Of a DNA stretch of 64,000 nt, positions 25,928 to 37,506 are shown piece by piece. Under the pieces are notes generated by a model. The model had not been told where the DNA came from and did not search any database. It saw only the letters and a program-made list of their open reading frames with translations. The number at the start of each line of letters is the position of its first letter. Position 1 is the stretch's first letter. This DNA is from Squalus acanthias (lineage: Eukaryota). The stretch spans positions 168,146,001 through 168,210,000 of the forward strand of contig CM059425.1 of the NCBI GenBank assembly GCA_030390025.1. The letters run 5' to 3'. The position numbers and the translations under genes are program-made.

Positions 25928-26135
25928 AAAGAAAGAAAGACCTGCATTTATATAGTGCCTTTCACAACTTCAGGACATCCCAAAGCACTTTACAGCCAAT
26001 TATGTACTTTTGAAGTGTAGTCACTGTTGTAACGTTATGTTTGCCTACATAACAGCAACTGCACTTCAGAAATAATTCACTGATTTTGGAGCACTTTGGG
26101 ATGTCCTGAAGATGTGATACTGTGATGTAAATTCA
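25928..26135. repeat. Head-to-head pair of SacSINE-like 3' tails (inverted repeat)
   Basis: CTTCAGGACATCCCAAAG at 25968-25985 and its reverse complement at 26094-26111. Confidence 0.7.
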
Positions 26136-26610
26136 GAAAATTCATCACGTGAATATAATGTGTAAAGTTCTTTTTTTAAAAAAACTTGGTTTCTATTATC
26201 AGTGAAAACATTTTAATTTTTCAGCTTGACTAATAAGTGGAATAGTGAACAATGATATCTGGAAGAATTAGCTGATCTGGAATCCGGCATCCTCTTCAAT
26301 GAAGGTAAAGACCTATCATTTCTGTTTTTCTTCACTCCTTTTGAGTTGTTCACCAAAGTCATTTTGAAAGCTTTCATCGGTCACAGGTTCCAAGTGGCTC
26401 CATTAATTTACCTGGGAACAGCATCTTTCTCAGGCCTAATGAGGAGCTGCAGACAATAGTAATTTCAAAACTCACCACTGGCCGAGTACTCAGGTGTTAG
26501 TTACAATTATGATCAACAAGAAGTTTTCTCTGGTAACAGCAGAGCTACCAGCTATCATTACCCAATTCCAGTATTCCTTCTTTGCCCATAGGGGTTGTGT
26601 TTCCACTCAT

Positions 26611-27322
26611 GGGGCACGATCTTGCCAGCCCTGGGGAGGCGGGAAGGGGATTATTGCCACTTATCTGCCTGTTAACAAGTAGTTAACAGACAGATAAGAG
26701 GATTATCCCCATTTTACCCATACAAGTGCGGGCTTCCCGAAGGCTGCGAACCCCGGCAGGGTCACCGAGGCGAGCAGAGGGTCTGCGGGGGTCGGAGGGG
26801 TCCAAAAGTGCACTGTGAAGGTAAGTGATGGTTGCAAGTGTGGAGAGGTGAGTATGTGAGGTGAGTGGAAAGTGTTAGAAAAAGTTTACTTACCTTTGTT
26901 TCTTCCTGCAGGCTCCAACAGTTGGGGATGCGGAGACTCTCGCAACTCACCGGCAGAGATGACAGATGGCCGCTGCATTCTCCAATGCAATAACCATTTA
27001 ATTTCTGCTAAAGAAAGAGGTTTGATGAGTCTTGAATTCAAGAACTCATCAGACTACATAGAATGTCAGTGTTTGACAGCTTCATAGAGCTGTCAAACGA
27101 TGACAATTCATCTGTCAAAATCTTTTGACAGATGAAACGTCATACGTTGATGTTCTCTGTAACCGGCTTTCCCTTAATTGGCCTGCTAAGCCCGCTGGGC
27201 GATCTTAACAAGGTCAATCAAGGGAAAATAGCGTGGGTTGGCCAGAAGTCAATGGAGGCGGGACTAAAACCCGACAAGTGGGAGTCCCGCCTCCAAAAGC
27301 TCCCCATTGGCAAAATCCAGCC
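26611..27322. mobile_element. Harbinger-type MITE
   Basis: GGGGCACGATCTTGCCA / TGGCAAAATCCAGCC ends; subterminal sequence like 7570-8403. Confidence 0.65.
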
Positions 27323-27377
27323 TGTATTGTCTGATTGAGAAACATGGCCCTTGTTTCCTACTGCAAGACTTATTGAC

Positions 27378-28093
27378 CCAGATTTTGCTGTTAGTTAGAC
27401 TTGTTCGTGCACATTTAGGTTTAAAAAAATTTGCATGGCTAGAAGTGCGAGCTGATAACGTCACAGCAAGGGAAACCAAGCATCTGGGACCTGAGTGAAC
27501 AGGACAAGCAACTGTGTATCTCCTTAACCAATCTGATTGAAGGATTGAGAAATAAACAGAGGAAGGACTGAGAAGGAGGGTGAATTAGAATGGGTGAATT
27601 AAATGGCAAATCAGATACAGAAAGAGAAATAAAGAGGGGGAAGAAAGATTGGATTGAGAGAGAGAGAGAGAAAGAGACAAAAAAGGAAAAGTTTCAAAAA
27701 ATTTAATTTAACATTTTTAAAATCTCCAACAACAATTAAAACTTGAAGGAATGAGACTCCACACTTGTAATAGTTAATTTTCAGCACCAGGGAGGTTGAT
27801 TGGCATAAATTAACACTTATCACCTTGTTAAAGAGGTACTTACGCTTGTAATGATACTTTCTGTGGCGAGTTTGGTTCATGTCTACCACGCAAATACAGC
27901 AACTTCATGACATTCAATGCATTTCAATGATGAGGCAGACAGTGAGATGACGTTTTCGCAAAGCTGGCTCGGACAGCAACTTTTGGATATTGGCATTTAA
28001 CCACACATCTGCTCCTCGCCTGAAGTTGCTGTGCCATTTACGCACAACTAACGACATTCGCCTCACCATTATTTTGACAGCACATTCTGGCCC
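27378..28093. mobile_element. Harbinger-type MITE
   Basis: GACCCAGATTTTGCTGT / ACAGCACATTCTGGCCC imperfect TIR; flanks ATT/AAT. Confidence 0.55.
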
Positions 28094-29137
28094 AATGCAT
28101 ACACATCTTAATCAGATTTATGTATAACTTCAATGATGAAAATACAATAATTCGGACTGTCAAGTTCCTGAGATAACTCTACTTGCAGACCCAGGTCTAT
28201 AAAAATGAGAGGTGTTGACAACTGTGTCAATCTCTAAGAAATGATATACAGCCGTACGAATCCAGGACAACCATCATGTGTCAGTTATAAAATTAATTCC
28301 AAAGAACCCTTAGCCCCCATTATCAGTGAAAACATTTGAAGTTTTCAGCTTGATTGATAAATAAAAAGGAAAAAAAAGGAAAACTGGAAGTAAAAGCTTA
28401 TTTGCAAGCCAGTATTCTCTTCAATGAAAGTAAAGAACTATACTCTCTTCAATCAGTTAAGTATTGCAATTTTGGCACTTGAATCAGTACCAGACAGTTC
28501 AGCCTTGGACTTCAGGGTCTGTTAAATATTTAACTGCAAACTTCTCTTCAAAGGAGTACCATTGAAGGTTGTAGGGCAACAGAACTCTTGAGACCAGCAC
28601 TTCCTTCAATACTGTCAGAATTATCACTACCCAGCCTGCTGCCAGTAGAACTATTCCTTCATCCAGTTCCATTTTGTTCCAATAATTATCATCACCACTA
28701 CCCCCAGCGTAGAGATGAGCTGTATATTTCTCCTTTATGTGCTTGCTCCTGAATAAGCTGTCTCTACTAATGTTCATTTTAGCATTACCAGGATGCTTCC
28801 CCACCTTGCCATCAGAACCTAAAATAAAACATTTCCACATATTCCAAATAGTTTAGTTTGGCTTTTGTTTTGAGACCACGCAACAAGCAGTATTATTCAC
28901 AAAGCTTTACTGGCAGTTATTTTTTATTCTGACACTGCAAGGGTCCATAAAACCATAGCGGAAATGTGGGAAGCAGAAGTAGAGAAAGAATCAGAAGTAA
29001 ATGGTGCTCTGACAGAGAGGGGCTTCTGAATGTACAGGAAGAGAACAGAATGTAAAATCTACAATGCTACAATGTTACATGTGACGTACATATATCACAA
29101 GAAAACTATACATTATATAGGAGCTATATATCCTTAC

Positions 29138-29515
29138 ATTCTGAAGAGGGAGGGTGAACAGCCAGCTGTCGTGGTGCATGTAGGTACCAACGATATAGGT
29201 AAAAAGCGGGAAGAGGTCCTACAAGCAGAATTTAGGGAGCTAGGAGCTAAATTAAAAAGTAGGACCTCTAAGGTAGTAATCTCTGGGTTGCTACCAGGGC
29301 CACGTGCTAATCAGAATATAGAGAACAGGATAGTGAGATTGAATACGTGGCTTGAGCAGTGGTGCAGGAGGGAGGGATTCAAATTCCTGAGGCATTGGAA
29401 CCAGTTCTGGGGGAAGTGGGACCTGTACAAAAGGGACGGTCTGCACTTGGGCAGGACTGGAACCGATGTCCTCGGGGTAATATTTGCTAAAGCAGTTCGG
29501 GAGGATTTAAACTAA
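29138..29515 (+). CDS. CR1 ORF1 C-terminal SGNH/GDSL esterase-like domain (5'-truncated)
   Basis: VVVHVGTNDIG and DGLHL blocks; sequence upstream of about 29138 is unrelated flank. Confidence 0.85.
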   Translation: MLKREGEQPAVVVHVGTNDIGKKREEVLQAEFRELGAKLKSRTSKVVISGLLPGPRANQNIENRIVRLNTWLEQWCRREGFKFLRHWNQFWGKWDLYKRDGLHLGRTGTDVLGVIFAKAVREDLN

Positions 29516-29562
29516 TATGGCAGGGGAATGGGAACCTATGTAGTGAAACAGGGGGAAGTAAT

Positions 29563-32500
29563 ATGCAGTCAGAAACAAATGTTAGAAGGGTGAGAAACAA
29601 TAGGGGAAGGCCGAGTAAACAAAGGCAAGAAACACAAAGGGCCATACTAAATCATAAGTCTAAAAGGACAAAGGATGTTAATAAAACAAGCCTAAAGGCT
29701 CTGTGTCTTAATGCAAGGAGTATCCGTAATAAGGTGGATGAATTGACTGTGCAAATAGATGTTAATGGATACGATGTGATTGGGATTACAGAGACGTGGC
29801 TCCAGAACAATCAAGGCTGGGAACTGAACATCCAGGGGTATTCAACATTCAGAAAGGATAGAATAAAAGGAAAAGGGGGTGGGGTAGCATTGCTGGTTAA
29901 AGAGGAGATTAATGCAATAGCTAGGAAGGACATCAGCTTGGAGGATGTGGAATCAATATGGGTTGAGCTGCAGAACACCAAAGGGCAGAAAACGTTAGTG
30001 GGAGTTGTGTACAGACCTCCAAACAGCAGTAGTGAGGTGGGGGAGGGTATGAAACAGGAAATCAGAGGTGCGTGCAAAAAAGGCACGGCAGTTATCATGG
30101 GTGACTTTAATATGCATATAGATTGGGCTACTCAAACTGGAAGCAATACGGTGGAGGAGGATTTCCTGGAGTGTTTAAGGGACGGTTTCCTAAACCAATG
30201 GCCCAAAAATTTGTGTTGATACGCGAGAGTACGCACTGTGTACTCTCGCGTATTCTGTCTCCAATTGCCGGTTTTCTGCATGCACTGCGCATGCGCTGAA
30301 AACCGGCACTTGGTGAATGGAAAAGGGGGCGGTTCCTAGGTGAACCGCGTGCACGCTACAGGCTGCGCGCATGCAGTGCACTTAGTGGTTTCAACGCGCA
30401 GCTAAGTATGGAAGATTTTACACATAAAAAAAGGAGGAGTAAGACCCACTTTTAACAAGGTAAGTAGTGAATTAAGTATTATTTTGAATTTTTTTTAACA
30501 GGTATATCTTTTTTAGAGACTTTAAAGACAGGTAAGTTTATTTTTATAACTTTTTAAAAGATTTTAAATTTTTTCAAAAATTTAATTTTTTATTTAAAAT
30601 GGTTAATTTATTTAACTATACTTATTTTATTAATGTGATGGTTTTTTTTTTAAATTTAATTGAGGTTTAGCTGTTCTTTTGGGGGGCTATAGTATTCATA
30701 GCTTTCACAGCACTTATGTGAAAGTTATGAATGGAAGATGGTGTGCTGCCATTGGCTCTAACTGAGTCACGTGATCCCACAGCTCGCACGAATTAACTAC
30801 GCCTGTGGGATACGAAAGCACTGCACAGCAGCTGTCCAGAACATCAAGTTCGTGCGAGCTGGAACTGAAAAAGCCAACGCGCAGTGAGAGATCGCGGGGA
30901 AGCCTTACCCTCGCACGAAGGCTTCCTCACGAATTTTTGGGCCAATATGTTGAGGAACCAATTCGAGGGGAGGCCATCCTGGACTGGGTGTTGTGTAATG
31001 AGGAAGGACTAATCAGCAATCTTGTGGTACGAGGCCCCCTGGGGAAGAGTGACCATAGTATGGTGGAGTTCTACATTAGGATGGAGAAGGAAACAGTTAA
31101 GTCAGAGACCATGGTCCAGAACTTAAATAAGGGCAACTTTGAGGGTATGAGGCGTGAATTGGCGAGGTTAAATTGGCAAGCGATATTTAAGGGGCTATCA
31201 GTGGAAGGGCAATGGCAGACATTTAGAGATCGCATGGATGAACTACAACAATTGTACATCCCGGTCTGGCGTAAAAATAAAAAAGGGAAGGTGGCTCAAC
31301 CATGGCTAACAAGGGAAATCAGGGATAGTATTAAAACCAAGGAAGTTGCATACAAATTGGCCAGAAGTAGCAGCAAACCCGTGGACTGGGAGAACTTCAA
31401 AACTCAGCAGAGGAGGACGAAGGGTTTGATTAGGGCAGGGAAAATAAAATATGAAAGGAAGCTTGCAGAGAACATTAAAATGGACTGCAAAAGCTTCTAT
31501 AAATATGTAAAAAGAAAGAGGTTAGTAAAAACAAACGTAGGTCCCCTGCAGTCGGAAACAGGGGAAGTCGTAATGGGGAACAAGGAAATGGCAGATCAAT
31601 TGAACAAGTACTTTGGTTCGGTGTTTACTGTGGAGGACACACACAACCTGCCGGAAATAAAAGGGGTCAGAGGATCTGGTAAGAGGGAGGAGCTGAGGGA
31701 AATCCTTATTAGTCGGGAAAAGGTATTGGGGAAATTGATGGGACTGAAGGCTGAAAAATTCCCGGGGCCTGATGGTCTGCATCCCAGAGTACTTAAGGAG
31801 GTGGCCTTGGAAATAGTGGATGCATTGACGATCATTTTCCAACATTCCTTAGACTCTGGATCAGTTCCGATGGAGTGGAGGGTGGCCAATGTAACCCCTC
31901 TTTTTAAAAAAGGAGGGAGGGAGAAAGCAGGGAATTATAGACCGGTCAGCCTGACATCGGTCATGGGTAAAATGATGGAAGCAATTATTAAAGATGTCAT
32001 AACAGACCATTTGGAAAGTGGCGACATGATAGGTCCAAGTCAGCATGGATTTGTGAAAGGGAAATCATGCTTGACAAATCTTCTGGAATTTTTTGAGGAT
32101 GTTTCCAATAGGGTGGACAGGGGGGAACCAGTAGATGTGGTGTATTTGGACTTTCAGAAGGCCTTCGACAAGGTCCCACACAAGAGATTGGTGAGCAAAG
32201 TTAAAGCACATGGGATTGGGGGTAATGTGTTGACGTGGATTGAGAACTGGTTGGCACACAGGAAACAAAGAGTAGGAGTAAATGGGTACTTTTCAGAATG
32301 GCAGGCAGTGACCAGCGGGGTACCGCAGGGTTCGGTGCTGGGACCCCAGCTGTTTACATTATATATTAATGATTTGGACGAAGGGATTAAATGTAATATC
32401 TCCAAATTTGCGGATGACACTAAATTGGGAGGCAGTGTGAACAATGAGGAGGATGCTAGGAGGCTACAGAGTGACTTGGACAGGTTGGGTGAATGGGCAA

Positions 32501-33246
32501 ATGTATGGCAGATGAAGTACAATGTGGATAAATGTGAGGTTATCCACTTTGGTGGTAAAAATAGAGAGGCGGACTATTACCTGAATGGTGGCAGATTAGG
32601 GAAAGGGGAGGTGCAACGAGACCTGGGCGTCATGGTACATCAGTCACTGAAGGTGGGAATGCAAGTGCAGCAGGCAGTCAAGAAAGCAAATGGAATGATG
32701 GCCTTCATAGTAAGGGGATTTGAGTACAGGAGTAGGGAGGTGATGCTGCAGTTGTACAGGGCCTTGGTGAGGCCACACCTGGAGTATTGTGCGCAGTTTT
32801 GGTCTCCTAACTTAAGGAAGGACATTCTTGCTATTGAGGGAGTGCAGCGAAGGTTCACTAGATTGATTCCTGGGATGGCCGGACTGACATATCAAGAAAG
32901 ATTGGGTCAACTGAACTTGTATCCTCTGGAGTTCAGAAGAATGAGGGGGGATCTTATAGAGACATTTAAAATCCTGACTGGTTTAGACAAATTAGATGCG
33001 GGCAGAATGTTCCCAATGTTAGGGAAAACTAGAACCAGGGGTCACAGTCTAAGGATTAAGGGGAAGCCATTTAAGACTGAGCTGAGGAGGAACTTCTTCA
33101 CCCAGAGAGTGGTGAATCTATGGAATTCTCTTCCACAGAAGGTTGTTGAGGCCAGTTCGCTAAATATATTCAAAAGGGAGTTAGATATAACACTCACAAC
33201 TAGGGGGATCAAGGGGTATGGTGAGAAAGCAGGAATGGGGTACTGA
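29563..33246 (+). CDS. CR1 ORF2 (APE endonuclease plus reverse transcriptase), interrupted by the MITE at 30200-30943
   Basis: NARS, ITETW, YRPP, GDFN, SDH, GVPQGSVLGP and FADD motifs; joining 29563-30199 to 30947-33246 gives a stop-free 978-aa frame (DGFLNQ|YVEEP). Confidence 0.93.
30200..30943. mobile_element. Young 744-bp Harbinger-type MITE, copy A
   Basis: TIR GGCCCAAAAATT/AATTTTTGGGCC; TSD AAT; near-identical inverted copy at 42464-43207. Confidence 0.95.
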
Positions 33247-33469
33247 GGTAGCATGTTCAGCCATGAACGCATTGAATGGCGGTGCAGGCTCGAAGGACCG
33301 AATGGTCTACTCCTGTACCTATTTTCTATGTTCTATGTTACATACTTTGCCCATCTGAGATACTGTCCTTATGAATATTGCCTTCTTCATCACAAGTTTT
33401 GCCAAAAGACAGATCAGGAAAGTAGCAGAAGAAGCTTTAGAAAAACAACTTAAGTAGAAATCCCAAGAA

Positions 33470-33685
33470 TTTTTTTTTGCATTCATTCTCGGGTTGTGGG
33501 TATTACTGGTAAGGCCAGCATTTATTGCCCACTTATAGTTGCTCAAGAAGGTGGTGGTGAGCCATCTTCCTGAACCGCTGCAGTCTATGTTATGAAGGAA
33601 CCCCCACAGTGCTGTTAGGTATAGGATTCCAGGATTTTGACCCAGCAACATTGAAGGAACAGCAATATATGTCCAAGTCGGGATG
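33470..33685 (-). mobile_element. 3' end of the second CR1/L2-group LINE family
   Basis: Reverse-complement match to 50280-50490. Confidence 0.8.
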
Positions 33686-33686
33686 A

Positions 33687-35778
33687 GGGCATTTAAATTG
33701 TAAATTTCACGTTGGTGTGGTTGAGTGAATCTTCCGCCCACTCCCCTAATGTTGGGCAAAGACTTTAGAGGCATGTCGGGGGGGTGTTCCCAGGATGCCG
33801 CGCGAATTCCGCCTAGTACGCCACCTGATATGCCTAGTGGGACTTACGCCTCCTGTGAACTCGTGTACATCCTATACTGAGTATTAGAAAGCCCCCACAA
33901 TTGCCAGCAAGAAAGGTTATGGGGGTGAAATCAGATTAGGCCCGAAAACGGGCACAGGGATCGCGAAGCGTGATTGGCTAGCGCCCAATGAAAGGAGTGC
34001 ATGCAGCACATAAAATTTGTGCTGCCTGCTAATTATAATGATAGCAGTGCACAGCCCAGCGCTACTGAATGGCTGAGTGCTCAGCAGGGGGCTGAAGTTC
34101 ACACTGTTCATGCGAGGCTTTAGTTAAAGCTAGCCTGCGCCTCTTAAAGGCAGTCTGCAGCTCTTAAAGGTGAGCTGCCTTCTGGTGATCAAAAAATTTA
34201 AAACTGATTCAACACAAACCAAAATGGCTCAACAGGCCAGGGAAAAGGGCACCCAGGGTCTCAGATGCAGCACTCGAGGCCTTTGTGCAGGGGCTGAACA
34301 CGCGAAGAGAGGTCCTCTACCCGCAGGGGGCCAGGAGGCCTGTAAGAAGGATGTGGGACCAGATCGCCAAGGTGGTCACTGCCAGCAGTGTTGCCCCCAG
34401 GACGTGGCTCCAGTGCCCAAAGAAGTTTTATGACCTCAGATGAGTGGTCAAGGTCAGTGAAGGTATCTTCAAAAGCCGTCTCCTACCAACTGCACCACTA
34501 GCCTCACACAATGCTCAATGCGTAACCCCTCCCATCACTCACCTACCAACAATTTCTACCAAACATGAGGCACACCTCACATTCCTAGCTTCACTTCACT
34601 CTCACACACTTACCACTGCTGCAAGCCTCACGCCCACATCTCACAGCGTAATCACACTGTCAGTTATTCAACCATGACAGCTACAACACCCAAACACATT
34701 GCACCACACTCACTGACACACTTCCCTTTCTCTTGTAGGAAAAGGTGGAGCATAACCGGCGGCGGCAGACCCTAAGCGGCAGGGGACAGGCTCGCCTGCT
34801 TCACCTCACCCCCATGGAGGAGAAAGTGTTGGCCGTTCTTCGCAAGGGCATGGCTGAGCCCGTGGCCAGCGGCGGGGCTGAAAGAATACAAGATGCCAGT
34901 ATCCTCATACGGTTGAACAAGAAGAGGGAGAGGAGAGTGAAGAAGAAAAATAAACATCATCGCTCGATTTCACACTCCCAGCCACCAGCTCAGATACTGA
35001 CACGCCGTGTACATTAGAGGATAGGTTAGACGTGGAATCTGCATGTGGTGAGAAACCGGGCATGAGTGGGCTGCTGCCAGCTCCCCGGAGGGCGAGGCCA
35101 CACATGAGTTCTGCTGCACAGGACTCAGATGAAGACTTCAATAGGGCGGTCTACAGAAGAACGCTGATGGGTATGCACAATGAAATGCTTGGTACATTGG
35201 CAGGTCTGCCAGAAAGCCTGAATGTAATGTCAAGGAGCATGGAGGAATCCAGTTCCAGCCTTGCACAGGGCTTTGGGCAGAGCTTGGAGCCTATCCTTTA
35301 CAGCTTGGAAGGGCTGGGCAGATCCATTAACGCACTTGTGGACCCAACTACCATGCCATGTCTTTTCCTCCTCCTCCCTCTGCGAGCAGCTTGTCCCCTT
35401 TGCTGCCTCTGCTCCATCTCCATGTCATGCTGCAACCCAGTGGGGACTGCAACTAGTGTTCCCAGGACTGGGACCAAGTGGTGTTCTCAGAGGCCTTCCT
35501 TTAAGAGCCAACACTTTGCAAACGTCCAGCAGCACTCCCTGTACAATTTAACAACTTTTTAAATGTCTTACACCAAGCCACTACTCAAATAAACTGTACA
35601 GGAACCAGTACAAAAGCGAAAAGCAACTTACCTCAAGCAGGCAACGGCTGTGCTATCGACCTGCCCAAAATGGCGACTGCTGCGGCCAGCGCTGGAATTG
35701 GCCATAAGCGAGACGGCTGCCACTTTTCTGCCGAAACTGACCTTAAATGCCAGCGCTAAGAGGGGGAATTTCGCGGCC
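33687..35778. mobile_element. Internally deleted Harbinger element
   Basis: Myb/SANT pseudogene (+) from 34224, colinear with 54580-55900; transposase 5' end (-) at 35365-35520 matches 39410-39530; termini approximate. Confidence 0.8.
34224..35360 (+). pseudogene. Spliced Harbinger Myb/SANT-like gene, frameshifted and truncated
   Basis: AAG|GTCAGT donor near 34453; CTCTTGTAG|GAAAAG acceptor near 34738; DSDEDF..LMGMHNEML block shared with the 55404-56380 exon. Confidence 0.8.
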
Positions 35779-37044
35779 AATTAATTCCAGACGGTTCGAT
35801 TAAATTGCAAACGATAGCCCGTTGTCCTCTAAAGAGCATTCAAAAAAAACGATGGGCACTTTTTACTTTTGGATCTTCCCGTGTCGCAGTTGCTGTTCTG
35901 ACTACTGTCTGCTCATCAGGGCAGGTGGCTCTGGTAGGCCTCTACAGGTGCAAACCATCCACTCCATCTTTAGAAATGGCAACGTCCCTGCAATTTGGGA
36001 CAGAGGTCAACATCCTGAAGAGTCAGCGGCTGGAGGTCCTGCTCCACCACCCTTCCAGCGGCAGAACAGGGATTGAAGAATTTCGGCCCCATACATTTCA
36101 ACTGCTGGTTTGGGGAGTTCTGTACAAGTCTGTAAGCATGAATGTGTAGAGCTCTCTCATGGGCAGGAGAATTCCAGTTAGTGTAAATGCACAGTTGCCA
36201 GAACTAGAAATTATGAACTTTATGGAGGGGAGTCAAGTTAAAGCCAGAAATGCAGTTTGAGGAGTGGTTGACAGATATGAGGTCAGAATAATTAACCCTA
36301 GTTCACTTCAAAGAAACAGAACTAATAAACAGCCTCTGATACAAGGCAAGTGTGATGTGGAGCTGTGCAAAATGGATAGAGCCAGGGAAACAGAGCAGTG
36401 TTTTTCAAATCTGGCTAAATTTTAGTATGAACAGTGTAGGGTGGTGTTCTTTTTATCACTGCAAACTGACATGGGCCAGCTGCTGAGACTTCATATTTGT
36501 ATATATTTGTATATATGACATAAGCAGACATACTCTAAACCTTTATAACACTAGTGTCCAAGCTTTTGTCTCTGCGGGCTACACACCAGGAAGCATGATT
36601 AATTGGCTCAACATCAGCTTCTGAACATGTCCCTTTGTTTTACATATTACAATTATTCACTTTGCAGTTAAATCCACGATTCAAATGGACTCCTGTTATC
36701 GTTCCACTTAGTGGCTGTATTCTCTCAGATCCGTGGATAGTAGAGTAATAGACAGCACTTTCAACTGAAGGATTTAATTTATTTGGAAAGTAATAGGTAA
36801 GAACATCTTAATAGAACAGCTCTTACAATCGTAAGGGTAAATAAAGACTACTTCCATCTAGATTACATTTTAGTGTTTAGGGTTGCTGTAAATGAAGCTT
36901 CACCACTGCACAACCTCTACTTTAAAGTAAATCCCCAAGCTAACTTATTCTAGATGTGACTTAATTGCATTTCTGATTAGTGATTTCAATACTGATTTTC
37001 ACAGCATGCGCTATTTATTCCTGCCTGAACTTTTCAGTACACCA

Positions 37045-37222
37045 TGGGAAGACTTCCGTCTGCACTGGCTGGCCGGTAATCTGGTGGAGCGGATTGATCA
37101 TCCGCCCTTTCTGGAATTTTCATTCCATTGAAAGTAACTGAATGAAATTTTCCCGGGTTTTATAACAGGCGAGCCAGCCACTCCACCAAATTACCGCCCA
37201 GACAGTGAAAGCAAAAATCTAC
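37045..37222. mobile_element. Short palindromic MITE-like element
   Basis: CGGTAATCTGGTGGAG / CTCCACCAAATTACCG inverted arms. Confidence 0.55.
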
Positions 37223-37419
37223 TACTGCGAGTATTCATTGCTTGCTGCCCTGACATCAGGGACTCGGTGAAAATTAAATAGGCAGCAAAATAAGTTTAAA
37301 GATGACAATAATCAACTCATTCAACTGACGGGCTGTAACTTACTTTCTATACTTTGAAGCAAATCAAAATGACTCGCAATTAGCATTCCTCACCCCTATT
37401 ATGCCCAATACATTAGTTA

Positions 37420-37506
37420 CTAGCCACATGTGACTAATGCTCTTTGAAAGAGCCGGCGCAGACTCGATGGGCCAAATGGCCTCCTTCTGTGCTGTACTAT
37501 TCTATG
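37420..37506 (+). mobile_element. CR1 3' tail fragment
   Basis: GAGCCGGCGCAGACTCGATGGGCCAAATGGCCTCCTTCTG..ATTCTATG. Confidence 0.75.

Larger units (their letters stand above)
29138..33340 (+). mobile_element. Near-complete young CR1 (truncated within ORF1)
   Basis: ORF1 esterase piece, then ORF2 (endonuclease plus RT), then 3' UTR with (TTCTATG)n tail. Confidence 0.97.

Noticed and set aside
29030..29137. ATG-initiated N-terminal extension of CR1 ORF1
   Set aside because: AT-rich flank that is open by chance upstream of the truncation point.
30805..30943. N-terminus (MGYESTAQ...) of the 813-aa ORF as a novel fusion domain
   Set aside because: It is MITE sequence that happens to be in frame, starting at GTG; CR1 sequence resumes at 30944.
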